Of a DNA stretch of 64,000 nucleotides, positions 25,663-39,164 are shown piece by piece; the first letter of the stretch is position 1, and each line of letters starts with the position of its first letter. The notes below the pieces were generated by a model. That model ran no database searches. It saw nothing but the letters and a program-made list of their open reading frames with translations, and was not told where the DNA came from. Origin of the DNA: Azolla caroliniana (Eukaryota; Plantae; Polypodiophyta); contig JBHGNT010000022.1 in the NCBI GenBank assembly GCA_043228905.1, positions 11,036,001 through 11,100,000 on the forward strand. Reading direction: 5' to 3'. The translations under genes and the position numbers were made by a program.

Positions 25663-28600
25663 ACAAGCTGCCAAATCTCCATGCCCTTACACAAACTACT
25701 CCAATTGCTTCCCCGATTCCGGGACACGGTGGCCTCTCTCACCACCGGCCAAGTGCCAACCACCTTGCCTGTACACTTGGTAGAGCCAGGCACCAGTTCA
25801 CCAGTAATGGATTCCCAAAACCCCACAGTTAAGCTCGCCATCAAAGGCCTCGATGTTCGCGGTTGCCTTATCGATGGTGGTTCGGGTGTTAATGTCATCA
25901 GTGAGGCGACATGTCATGACCTCGACATCACCCAAAGGGAGCCCTGCCCATTTTGGCTCTGGATGGTGGATACCCATTCGGTTCGCCCAATAGGCTTAAT
26001 CTGCCACCTCGATTTCATCCTCGGTGGCCACACTTTCACCATCTCCGCGATGGTGTTACGACTCGATGCTCTTGGGGCATACCCAATGCTACGCGGTCGC
26101 CCATGGGTACGCACGACCAACATTAAGCAGCATTGGCAGCGGAATATGATCTCCTTTCACTACGGAAAAACCAAGATACGTGTCATCATAGAGGAACGAA
26201 TCACGACGCCTCCCGATACCAGTCCACTTTATGCGAAAGGTGTCCACATGCTCGACGGGCTCACGGACGATGAAATGGACACCTTCCTTGAGGAACACCC
26301 CACGATCATGCCCTTGTTCGAAATACATGTTCTCACGTCTGTGGAACCATACGTATCCGAGCCAGCTCCTGAGGTGCCGAAGGAAGCGCACGAACCTGAC
26401 CCACAGTCCATTAAAGAATTGTGACATTCCCGCGATGCGCTTGAGCGAGAGTTGGCTATATCGCAACGAGTGAAGGCCTCCACATTACAAGAAATTAATC
26501 TTGGCTCCCCCACCGAACCCCGGACTCTCAAAATCGCGAAGGAACTGGCCCCTAAGGAACGATCACCTTTGGTTGGGTTGCTTACGTATTACCAAGATGT
26601 GTTCTCTTGGTCGTATAGTGACATGAAGGGGCTCAATCCCCAATACTACCAGCACCAGATTCACCTCCAGCGCGATGCACGACCGGTACAATAGCGCTGC
26701 TACCGAATGAATCCTATTTACGCGGCTAAGGTAAAGGAGGAAATCGACAAACTCCTCTGAGTGGGGTTCATTCGGCCGGTAAAACGAGCAACATGGTTAA
26801 GCCCTATCGTCGTAGTTCCGAAAAAGAACATGCAAATACAAGTTTGCATTGACTACCGCAAGCTCAACGCGGCAATGGTCATAGATGTTTTTCCCCTTCT
26901 GTTCACAGATGGCGTTCTCGACATCGTGGCTGGCCATGAGTGCTTAGCTTTTTAGACAGGTTCAGCGGCTATAATCAAATCCGAATGCATCCCGACGACC
27001 AAGAAAAAACAACATTTGTCACTAAATGGGGCGTGTTCGAGGCAGTTGTGATGATGTTCGACTTAAAGACAACTCCAACCACTTTCCAACGAATTATCAC
27101 TGAGATTTTCGATGAGTACATTCCGGCATTTATGCAAGTCTTTTTAGATGATTTTGTCGTGTATGGCTGGACGAATGAACACCTCGAGCACTTACGCCTT
27201 TGTCTAGAGCGATGCCGACAAGCTCGGCTAAGCCTCAACCCAGCTATGTATGCTTTTCACGTGTCTAGCAGGGCCTTACTCGGTCACATTGTCAGCCGAG
27301 ACGGCATAGCAATGGATCCCGACAAAGTGCATGCCATCCTACAGGCCCCGACCCCAACCATAGCAAAAGCACTCAGCCGTTTTTTGGGTCAGATTAGGTG
27401 GCATAGTCGAGTTCGCGACACCATTACACGCGGCGGTGCACCGGGTTCCGTTTTGTTGGATGGCAACAAAAGACAAAGCATATTGCTCCCTAAAGGTAAT
27501 GCTCTCACACGCACCAGTGGTGCAACCACCGGATTGGTCGCAACCTTTCCAAGTCTTCGTCGACGCATCAAACGTGGCTATTGGGAGTGCCCTTATGCAA
27601 AAGACACCTCCAAACTGGTATCGCCCAATCTACTATGCTAGTTGTCGGCTCTCCACATCTGAAAGAAACTACTCCACAACACAACGAGAAGCACTCAGCA
27701 TGATCTACAACATCATGAAATTTTGGCACTATTTGCTCGGCCTGAACTAGCAATAAATACGTAATTGTGGCTACCAATTACTGCACGATGAAGCAAAGGC
27801 GTTACACGATAACACGACCATGTCTACCGCCAAGTTCGTATATGAATATCTATGGTGTTGGTTCTACTGTCCAATCGAGCTCGTCAGCGACCAAGGAGGT
27901 CACTTTCTAAATCTTCTCGTCTGCAATCTCACCACCCATTATGCAGTTGTACATAAGAAAGCACATCGTACTACCCTCAAGCTAACGGTCTAGCCGAATC
28001 AACGAATAAGACCCTACAAAATATTCTCAAGAAAATCGTGAACGAGAATCAGACAGATTGGGATGATAAACTGCACAGTGCACTATGGGCATATCGCACA
28101 ACATTCAAAACAAGCATCTGATCTACTCCCTTCCGAATGGCTTTCGCGTTAGAAGCAATTATGTCCATCGAATTTCAAGTATCGAGTTTACGTATTCAAG
28201 TAACCGCACGACTTTCCGAGTTCGAGTTTGAGCAAAAATGGCTCCAACAATTACTCGAGCTAGGGGAAGATCGTATTACCAGTCTCGCACAATTGGAGCA
28301 TGGGCAACGACAAAGAAGCTTTCATGGATTCGAAAAAACATTAAAAAATTGGAAAACCGGTCTTGGTGTTTCAAACTCGGCTCGATTTGATGTCGCGGAA
28401 ACTTCATTTTCGGTGGACGGGACCCTTCTAGATTATTGATAAATTCAACAGAACGTTCCAGCTCGGCACCTCAGCAGGGGAAGTCGTAAAGGCATGGGTG
28501 AACGGGTTTCGACTAAAGCCATACCTTGGCCCAATGCCACCCAATCCCTTCGCCGATCACCAGCATGGCCGGGACCAGCCTGTGGTAGGTAGCACAGAAG

Positions 28601-28769
28601 ATTTCAGGGGCACTTCGCCCCAATCACGGTAATTACCCTACCTACTGCCCGAAATTGTATACTATCATTAGGAAAAAGTAAAAGAAATAGAGGGACCCAC
28701 TAACTATTTAAAGAACATGCACGCCATACGAAAAGAGAGAGAGAGAGAGAGAGAGAAAGTACAAACGGT

Positions 28770-29827
28770 TGTCGGGGTAGTTGTGGTTTGTGCGGCAAAG
28801 TCACAGGAGGAACTAAGGTCAAAGAAAGTTGGTTATATATTTTATAAGTCTTGTGCGTTGATGTTAGAAAGATTAAGGATAGGAAGACAAAGTAATCTGT
28901 GTGAGAGAGACGGGTATAGGTAACCTAGGACGCGTTGTTGGGGTAGTTGTGGTTCGTGCGGCGAAGTCACAGGAGGGACTAAGGTTAAAGGAAGTTGGCT
29001 AAATATTTTATAAGGCTTGTGCGTTGATGTTAGAAAGATTAAGGATAGGAAGACAAAGTAATGTGTGTGAGAGAGACGAGTATAGGTAACCTAGGACGCT
29101 GGTAGTTGTGGTTCGTGCGGCGAAGTCACAGGAGGGACTAAGGTTAAAGGAAGTTGGCTATATATTTTATAAGGCTTGTGCGTTGATGTTAGAAAGATTA
29201 AGGATAGGAAGACAAAGTAATGTGTGTGAGAGAGACGAGTATAGGTAAAAGATAGAGACAATGTATGATTTAAGAAGCAAGAGTATATGATATGAACATG
29301 ATTTATATTAAGAAAACAAGATTTTACCAACTTTACAATGCTTGAAACCTTTCTCTACCGACTCTTGATTTGAACCCTTGACTTCAACACCGAGAGCCAA
29401 GACACTTCCCCAAATGAGCTAGCTTCTTTGCTTAATTATATTATTTGATTTCTTAAATTTTCTTTTTGATTACATGGTTTTCCCCTTGATTCATCCCTTA
29501 ATTCCTTGCCTCTCTTTATATGTTCTCTCATGCAAATGATGATATGGGGGTGCATGGCATGCATGTGATGCATGTGATGCATGATCGTCATTTGGCGCAC
29601 ATTCTTTACATTTGATGTAAGATAGCCATCATGTTCATCTAAGCTCTAATGTATGAAGTTACACATGTCATAAGTATGATGATAAGAATATAATTGTAGA
29701 AAATAACTTATCCTAATGGTATATGCTTTGTCCTTGGTGTGTGAGGTTATGGGTTCAAGTCTCTCAACTGTTACTTAATACAATATTGAAGTTTATTTTT
29801 ATATTGTGAAACAAATCCTTCACGATA
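28770..29827 (-). mobile_element. Probable solo LTR with an internal triplication and two tRNA-like cassettes
   Basis: TGTCGGGG...CACGATA ends (no clean TSD); homology to 1760-2000; three tandem units of about 160 bp at 28776-29247. Confidence 0.5.
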
Positions 29828-32800
29828 GCGTGGTCCTTAATTCCCAGTATGGCAGGGAAGATTCTGAATCTAGGGCACAAGGCCACGTCTCAAGAACTGA
29901 GGCACATACAAAAAGGGAGGCACTACAATTGAAGCCCTCACTTTTGCAGGAACAACCAAAGTATTCAAGCTCTCTTGCCTTCTGCTCAAACACTCTCTCG
30001 CTCCCAAACCCCCTGCAAGGAAGCTCTCTCTCGCTCTCCATCTCCTTACTTCCATCACCACTCTTCCGCTCTCTCTCTCTCAGAACAACCATGCCGATCA
30101 AAGTAACCAAGGAGCTTCACGCCTGGTTAACCAAACATGGCTTATGAAGCTACCTTCGTGTATTCGACATCACCCCCCACCTTGAGGCACATGCAGTAGC
30201 GCGAAGGGTGCATCCCAACACCATCACCAATAACCAAATCCGATTCGTGTTAGGCCTGCAACACAGGGGAGAACATGAAATCGAAGCTCCGCCTCATCAT
30301 ATCTTGGAACAACATTTCAGAGAGTATTCGGCGACCACAAAAGCCCATTGCACACATGGGGGGCCTAATGAGTTTTTCAGAAATCTGGCCCATTTCATCT
30401 TGGAATTCATCTGTGTACATGCAAACGCGTACAACATGCCCAAGAAGAAGGTCGGCCTCATCATCACGGCATACAAAGGCGGTGTCATCGATTAGGGCAT
30501 CATAACCGAGGAAGGAATTCGTGCCACGATATCGGCTTTCTAGACAGGTAAATGATTCTTGCCTGCCCTAGCAAAAAGCACTTCATTGCACAGCTAGAGC
30601 AGGAGGAATGGGAAGACGACACACCAGTCTGAACCCCTATCTCACCACGACCGAGGCCCAAGCCGAAATCCCAGGATGCCACAAACAACATCACCATCCG
30701 GGGAAGTGACAAACCTCAAGCATCCACGAATATCATCACTACTCCACGACCCGCGCCCAGTCCACGACCTGAACAAAGGGCAGAAATCCGAAAAACCTTT
30801 GCGGACACTAGCAGAGCAATGGAACAGCAACCGAAGCGGCCTCGCGAGGAGCCTACATCACATAAGACGAGCCCCGCCAAGAAACGCCGCCGGCTCCAAC
30901 GCCGCAACGATGGATGAACGATCGAGGACTCTTCGGCCGAAGACCGGCAACTAACCATAGTTCCGGATAAGTCAGTCGTTGTTGTTACTGATAAAACCCT
31001 AGCCCTAACCAGAAACACTGAGCCTGTTCGTTTTCAATTCTTTTGCGAGTTTTGGGTTCGACGTGCGGAAGCACTATCCCACAAGCATGCCAGGTGTTAT
31101 CTACGAGACAAAAGGGATACGGTGTGAAATGAATCTAAAGATACGGGTAGGAAAAGTAGGTGGAAAACAACAACCGGGAAGGAGGAAGGTAACGAATTAC
31201 AAGCAGTCAATAATGAAGGCCGAGAAGAAAGGAGTAATTGAAGCACGCCGAACAGGAAGGGAAGCTATATAACAAGAAGGAGAATTAGAAGGAAGGAGGA
31301 AAGTGCGAAGAGGTAATACCTTTGTCTAGTGAGATTTACTGTTTTCCTGAGTATATGAGAATAGAATTCCGGCCGTGAGTTGTGCAACTCTTGTACCTGA
31401 ATACATTAATATAAATTTTCCTTGTGGGCCTAATCTGTTCGTGCAATCTATCTGCGTCATTCGAACTAGCTATCATAATTCTTTAGTGCAAATTTACTAG
31501 GCCGACTATGGCTAACGGTTTTTCCGTAATCACGAGTCGTCCAATCTCGGGGATTCTTGTCCACCACTACATACCACAACCTCTTGACCCAATTAGCTTA
31601 AGAATAATCAAAGGTGTTATCTCGAAGAAGAGACAACAATTGATTGTTGCAATGTGGGAGCAATTACAGCAACAACGAGGGCCTCAACGATGGCTGTTGG
31701 GGTTGGGCTTTCTCAAAATTAGAACAGGAAAGAAAAAATTTGGATTATTTTTTTTACTAAAAAAGTCCTAAATGCGCACCTTTCCCTTGTATATGCTAAT
31801 GACAAACCACACTATGCAATTTTTTTATGTCATTTATGACCATGTAATGTATGTATTATACCCCTAACCATGGACACTAACTACAAGTTGTTATAGGAAG
31901 TTGGAGGCAGTGTCTAAAATATTATTCATGTCTACATGCATAGGTCAAGCAGTTATAGTTTAAGAACATATACAATAGTCTATGACTCACAATAATGTTT
32001 TGCACTAAGCCAACTTAATGTTTCCTTTTATATTCCAACACCTAGAAAAGAGAACTCATTAGTAAAGTAAAAACATGGGAACCTTTGCTACTTATTAATT
32101 ATCAATGACTCCAAAATCCAATACCTTTCTAGATGTGGTAGGTTTTCTATTATTGTTTTGCAACATATGCCTTTACTTACAACAGCTTTCACAATGCATA
32201 TGCATTGTCTTTCGCAAAGGGACTGCCTACCCTCGGGTAGTGGACTATGAAAATCTAAAGTCGTTATTTTAAGAACAAACCATTGATGTGCATTGCTATC
32301 ATTTTTTTATCCTCAAGGTTTCGGGAAATGAATTGTAGTTTGCATGATATCAAATTAAAGTACTGAGAACTTTGAAAAATGAATGGACAATTACCACACT
32401 CAAGCTTGTGGTGCAAAGCATAACCTTTCCCTCGACAACATAATGTTCATTTATTTTAAAATAATGTAAGGTTATGAATCTATACGCAATAAGCTTTAAA
32501 TGTCAAATCAATGGGGACATCCGCGGTCCCTTGTATGATACATAAAGGCAATTCTTTAACCTTTGTGTGTGACTAGAGAATGTGATGCGATTTGCCTAAT
32601 CCTTTTTTATAACATATATTATCATGTAAAATTTACATTTATATTAGGCCGCTTTCAAAGCGTTATGTAGGAGGAGATTGCATAAGTTTTTAAACACTTC
32701 TTTGTGGAAGAAAAACATTATTGTGTTAGCAAATAAGCATGCACCGTGGTTGTCTCACTCTTTGCAATTTTGTGCATTTTGTCCCACCCCCCCCCCTTCT

Positions 32801-33424
32801 CTCTCTCTCTCTCTCTATGCATAAACCACCATGAAGCTCCCTAGGCACAACACGATTTCAACCAACACAAACACAATTCCTTGTCTTCCTTCGACATAGC
32901 GTGAAAGCCATCAAAATTTTAGATATCAAAAAGTTCTAAAAAAAATACATTTCATCTTATTGCCTCTCCATTGTTGGAACTCGTGCATGTTGTTATTGAA
33001 GTAGCATGCTCCTAAGGAATGATAGATATGATCGCACTACAAGCAATCTTCAAGTATAAAAAGTGTTTTTTTTTGTAAATCAATAATTGCCCTTGTGCGT
33101 ACAAAATATTGGGTAATAATCCATCCATCGATACACGAGCAGTTAGTCCGCATAAAATTCTAACTTTCTCCAAGGGGCCACAGTCTAACAAACTAATTAA
33201 TGAATTATAAATATGCGTACAAAACGGATGTTCACAATCACCTATGGTTTTCTTGATTACCAGATGTATGTCTTGTTGAAAACTTGTGACTATTTTTGTG
33301 TAAGAAAATTGTGATACTTTTCAATTAAAAAGTCTATGATTACGGCTTATAACAATATCAAGATTGTGAGCTATTGCGGATTGGATGGGATGCAATTTGT
33401 TGTACCTTGTAGAAGCCTATTACC

Positions 33425-33850
33425 TTCACACTAAACCTTCCTCCATGAGGTTCTAACCATACTACTTTTACCAACCTCCATAATGATGATCCTGAATAGG
33501 AAGTGTTAATCACGTGCATCGAACAAAAACCGAAGCCATATTCTGCACAAGGTATATATTGAAATCATGTTGTGCACAACACTAAACCTCCCTCAGGTTT
33601 TGACCAACATAAAAATGATCTTGTGTAGGAAGGGTTAATCACGTGCATCGGTCAAAACTGAAGCCATATTGTGCATGTGGATATTGAAATCATGTCGTGC
33701 ACAGGACTAAAACCTCGCTCAGGTTTCGACAAAACTACTTTACCAAACTCAACAAAGAGAGATCCTACACAAGAAGTGGTCATCGTATGCATTACACAAA
33801 AATGAAACTATGGTGTGCACAAAAGGCTATTGAAATCATAGGTGCTCAAA
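33425..33850. repeat. Degenerate tandem repeat, about 3 units of about 130 bp
   Basis: Recurring CTAAACC..., TTAATCACGTGCATCG and ATTGAAATCAT segments. Confidence 0.7.
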
Positions 33851-34656
33851 AGTAAAGACACGTGTAAAGGCAGGCATGCAAATAGGCATATTATTACGAT
33901 TCTATATTGTTATGTGCATGAACTGATATGGTTGCATCTTCGGTGCTTGGAGGCAAGACATCGGACATGATGAGTGTGTGCCTTCTTGTCTGCCTCTTCA
34001 TCAATGGGCCAATCAGTAGACTCCATTCCATGCCTCTATAATCAAGCAGGATAGGTACACACGAGAGGGTGGCCACTAGCAACTCATTTATATGTCATTA
34101 AGGTATTTGATAGTAGGTAGCAGTGTCGAGAGTGTACAGATCTAGAGAGTGCGCGCGTACAATCATTGATCTCGAGAGTGACTGAGATAGAAATATAGGT
34201 TTGGCAATGTATGTGGGAGAGAGGAGAGGATACAGAGATGATGGTCTGCCTCCTCCCGAGCGGGGAAGAAACCGAAAATCTCGGAAAGAAAGAACAAACA
34301 AAGACGAGAAGGCCAGTTACTAGTAACTACGAAAGAAAGAAGAAAAGAAAGCGAAAAGCGAAAAGCGAAAAGCGAAAAACAAAAGCAAGCAATTACTAAA
34401 GAGAGAAGAAAGTAGAAGAAAACCAAAAGGCAAAAAAACAGGAAGAGGAGCAATTAACAAAGAATAAAAAAGAGACCCACGCCACGTGGCAAAAAGCAAA
34501 AAGCAAAAAGCAAAAAGCAAAGCTAAAAAAGCAAAAAGGCCAAAAGCCAAAAAAGCACAAATTGTATGTGGGTTTATTGTCGAATGAATATGTTGGGTTC
34601 TTCTAATGTGTTTTTAATAAAGTGATTACGGGCAGATTAGTGGCCGGCCTCAGGCT

Positions 34657-35110
34657 GATTAGTGGCTAATCACGGCTACTTAAGGGCTAATGGCAGGAAG
34701 ATTAGTGGGCTAATCACGGCTACTTAAGGGCTAATGGCAGGAAGATCAGTGGGCTAATCAGGGCTGGTTTAACGGCTCCTGACAGGCGGATTAGTGGGCT
34801 AATCAAGGCTGGTTAAGGGCTACTGACTGGCGGATTAGTGGGCTAATCAGGGATGGTTAAGGGCTACTGACAGGCAGATTAGTGGGCTAATCAGGGATGG
34901 TTAAGCTCTAATGGCAGAGGATTAGTGGGCTGCTCAGGGATGGTTAAGGGCTACTAAGGGGATGATTAGTGGGCTAATCAGGGATGGTTAAGGGCTAAAT
35001 GGCTGGAAGATTAGTGCGCTAATCGAGGTTGCTTAAGGACTTCTGACAGGAAGATTAGTGGGCTTTTATCAAGGCTGGTTAAGGGCTCCTGACAGGCTGA
35101 TTGGCGGCCT
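34657..35110. repeat. 44-bp minisatellite, about 10 copies
   Basis: Consensus GATTAGTGGGCTAATCAGGGATGGTTAAGGGCTACTGACAGGCA. Confidence 0.9.
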
Positions 35111-35326
35111 AATTGCAGGCTAAACCAGTCTTTGCTCTGCGCAATTCGAGGCTTTTTTTCTTTCTCTCTCTCTCTCTCTTTTCTTTTTTTTGTGTTTTGT
35201 TGTGACAAAGAAAACAGAGAGCGAGAAAGCAGAGCGAAAGAATTCTCATAAATGCAGCGCAGGACAAAGAAGAAGAAAGAAAGAAAGAACGAAAGAAAGG
35301 AAACATTTCCCGATTTGAGCCCCTCT

Positions 35327-35363
<37 letters not shown>

Positions 35364-36161
35364 AACAACGTAGAAACTGAAGGAAGGAAGAAAGGAAAAG
35401 GAAAGGAAACTGGCTATGGCGGGTGAATCTCCATATACTGCTCCTTCCTGAAGAGAGTTACAGACTCCTCCTTTGCTGGCCTACTGAAGAAACTGAAGAA
35501 ATCAATAAACAAAACGAAAGAAACTGAAGGTGGAACTGGCTATGGTGGGGGCGGTGGGTGCTTCCTAAATTCTTGATCTCCGAAGAGCTCGAGTTCTCCA
35601 TAGCCCAGCTGTTGAAGAAACGGAAGAAAGAGAGAAGAGGCGGAAGAAGAAATTGGCTATGGTGGGTGAAGCTCTAACTAACTGTTTCTTTCTGAAGAGT
35701 TCGAGCTCTCTATAGGCCACCTAGTGATTTGGTTATCATTTCTCTCTGATGAATTACTGAGGTATTATTTATTTCAGAGATAATTCAAGAACTTTGATAC
35801 CAGAGAGAATCAGACAGACAGACAGAGAGGTCTGTGCCTGGGCTATTCAATTTCTTCTCTTTTTTACTGATTGTATGCATAGAATAGTCTGCATGTTCTA
35901 TTAAATTTCTTCTCTTTTTTACTGATTGTATGCATAGAATATTCATGGTTTGTATTGATTTAATTTGTGTATGTGTGTGTGCATAGGTAGATAGAAGCAT
36001 TGCTTACAACTTCCAAAATGCCTGTGTGTATCAATACTTAGTATAATACTTACACTGATTCGTAAACATGTTTCTTTTCTAGATTGCCTAAAAATTTTCA
36101 TCGGCTGTATTATCATCTTGACTGAAAGGACCAGATAATCTTTATATCATGGTTTGTCACG

Positions 36162-39100
36162 ATGGAGCATAAAAAAAGACTGAACTTTCTTGAAAACATT
36201 AATACAAAGGAGCAAGAGATGAGTCCAGATGTAGCAAAAGAAGGTGATGAGAATGATGCATCTCAAATGCTTATCAATGCTGCCCTCCGAGGAGATGAGC
36301 TTCTTGTAGATGAGATTCTTCAGAATGAAGCTGTCGATGTGAATTACATGGGAATTGTGAATCTTAAAGTGAAACATACGGATTGTATTCAGCATGAAGA
36401 AGCTCCTGATGAGCTTAAAACCGAGTATATCGAGTTCAAGACAGATGTCACACCTCTCTTTTCTGCGGCTCATTCGGGTCATGTTGAAATCGTGAAGAAA
36501 CTTCTGGTGAGTTGTATATGCTCTCCTATGAAAATGAGCTTGTGTTACGAATCCATTTTTCATTGATCTTCCGTGTTGTTGCAATCCTATGGAATTGTCA
36601 TTCTTACAAGGTTTTTACAATATAATAATACTCATTTGTTTGTGATGCATCATGCCATCCCAACTCCTATTAATTGTATGCAATGTATGGGTAGGCTGCA
36701 GGATCAGATGTTAACCAGAAGCTTTTCAGAGGTTATGCAACAACTGCAGCAACAAGAGAAGGCCATTATGAAGTGCTGAGACTCTTGCTAAAAGCAGGGG
36801 CCTCTCAACCTGCTTGTGAGGAAGCTTTGTTGGAGGCTTGCCTTGTGGGTCAAGTGAAGATGGCAGAGCTTCTGATAAGCTGCGAAATGGCCAGGCCAGA
36901 AATTCTGACCAGTGCCTTGATTCACGCAAGCAGCCGCGGACTCATTGACATTGTAGAACTCTTGATAAAGGTAGGACTATCAGAAATGTTCAGTATTTTC
37001 TATGCATGCATATGACTGTATTTGTGTATATATGTGTATGTATGCATATGAATGTATATATGTGTATATGTTATGCATATGCATGTATGTGTGTATGTGC
37101 ATATATGTATGTGTGTTTTTGTGTATGTATGTATATGTATGTTCTTTTCTATAACATGTGTGCATCTTTCTTTGCTATTACAGAATGGTGTGGATGTGAA
37201 TTCATGGCACAGAGTGCTACTTCGCTCCATGAAGCCTGCCCTTCATGCAAATATCGATTGTACAGCTTTGATTGCGGCCGTGGTTTGCAGACAAGCTCCT
37301 GTTGTGAAGTGCTTGCTGCAAGTAGGTTCATAAGGATTCAGGCTTACAGTGGCATTTGTGTTTGAACTTCGAAACATGCTAAAGGAAATGTGACATTTGT
37401 TGCCTTTCATCTGACAAATTCACTTATGCATTAAGGATCTTACTGTATGAAAAGACGTGGAATTTAAAAAGTATATAAATATGGTGGTGTTATATTAAAG
37501 TTTGTGTTTTGCCACCAAAAGATTGAAAGTTCGATAGAGTTTTGAACAGAGAGTTCCAGCGTTTCACTCACAATAAAAGCTCACTGTATATCTAATTTGT
37601 GATCAATGATATCGGATCTCACGTGCAGGTTGGGGCAAATGCGTATCATGAAGCGAGGCTTGGAGCTTGGTCGTGGGATTTAAACTCGAGTGAAGTGTTG
37701 AGAGTGGGTGCTGGCATGGCAGACCCATACAATGCTGCATGGTGTGCATTAGAATACTGGGAAGCACAAGGTCGAATCCTTAGGATGCTTCTCAAGCATG
37801 TCTCTGCAAATACTCGCCAACGAGGCAGGTCACTCTTATGCCACGCTATCTTATGTCGCAATGTTGAAGCCGTCAAAATGCTCCTAGAAAGTGGTGCTGA
37901 TACAGAATTTTGTGTATGTACCAAAGATGGGTCACAATTCTTCCCTATACATTTGGCTGCTAGGCAAGGTATTTCATCAGTGTTGAGAGCGCTGATAGAA
38001 TGTGGATGTGATGTAAACTCAAGAACTGAAGCTGGAGATACCGCCCTCATGCTGTGTGTATCATCTGGTCACGAAGAATGCTTCCATGAGCTTTTGGTCG
38101 CCGGAGCTGATTTCGGTATACTCAATAAGAAAGGACAAGGTCTGGCTGATGTCATGGATGCTAGTAGCCATCAGCTAGCGATGCAACATGTCATGTGGGA
38201 TGCCATTATGTCTGAAAAAAAATTGTATTCAAGTAACTTAGAAATCTTCTCGCCTCTCCATTTTGCAGCTCGGCATGCAAGCACAAAGGTTATAAAGAAG
38301 ATACTTGAACAAAAGGGTCTCGATCTGAATCTTCCCGATCGGCGTGGATTCTCAGCTGCCATGGTTGCAGCTCAATGTGGTAGTATGGAGGTTTTCAAAG
38401 TGTTATTATTCGCTGGAGCATCTATGAGCATGAGGAATTGTAAAGGAGAGACGGCATTGATGTTAGCAGAAGGAAGTGGTCACAAGGAATGGTGTGAGAG
38501 AATATTATTCGATGCCATACTTCGAGATGTTTTGAAAGAGGACAACTTCGAGGCATTACATTTTGCAGCAAGAAGAGGCAATTCTGAGGTTTTAACTCAT
38601 TTGCTGAAACAGGGGTCTCCAATCGATGCATGGAATGAGGATGACTACACTCCGTTGATGCTCTCCGTGAAGGAAGGCCATATTGAGGCATGCAAGCTGC
38701 TTCTTTCTTTAGGGGCCGATTGTTATTTGGTGAATGCAAGGGCTGAAAGTGCACTATCACTTGCAAGGAGGTGTGTATCTGGTAGAGTAGTGGAAGGAAT
38801 CTTATTGGATCACATGGCAAAGAAGCTTGTGCTTGCTGGGGCAGAGCTCTTGAAGCACACACGAGAAGGAAAAGGAAAGCCACATTTAAAATATGTCAGG
38901 ATGCTCAAGTCTGGAATGCTTAGTTGGGGAGAATCAAAGAGGCGAAATGAACTTTGCATTGAAGCGAGCTTGGGAGGGAGCTTCAAGTTCCAGAAGAACC
39001 AAAAGATCTGTGATGTTGATGAAGATGTGTGGGGGGGTGTCTTTAGAGTGAAGGCACATGGAAAAGAAATTCACTTTGATGCCCACACTGAGTTTATGGC

Positions 39101-39164
39101 TGAGCTTTGGGTTCGTGGTATCAATCTCACTATCAAAGAAGCCATGGGAAAGAGCAGTAGTTAG
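36162..39164 (+). CDS. Ankyrin-repeat protein with C-terminal PH-like domain, about 764 aa; exons 36162-36506, 36695-36970, 37184-37321, 37629-39164
   Basis: GT-AG junctions join in frame; many ankyrin motifs (TPLFSAAHSGH, PIHLAARQG, PLHFAARH, TPLMLSVKEGH); PH-like LLKHTREGKGKPH...AELWVRGINL. Confidence 0.9.

Larger units (their letters stand above)
25381..31638 (+). mobile_element. 5'-truncated Athila-like Gypsy: PR-RT-RH-INT, degenerate 3' accessory ORF (from 30091) and 3' LTR 31095-31638
   Basis: LIDGGSGVN protease, FLDDF RT, FVDASN RNase H, integrase end near 28630; LTR TGTTATC...GACAACA with CTATATAA near 31265. Confidence 0.85.

Noticed and set aside
34657-35110. CRISPR-like array (palindromic repeat with regular period)
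   Set aside because: The sequences between the palindromes are homologous to each other rather than unique spacers; no cas genes; eukaryotic context.
36971-37183. ORFs rich in Cys/Val/Tyr/Met or His/Thr/Ile
   Set aside because: Translation of a TATG/TGTA microsatellite inside intron 2 of the ankyrin gene.
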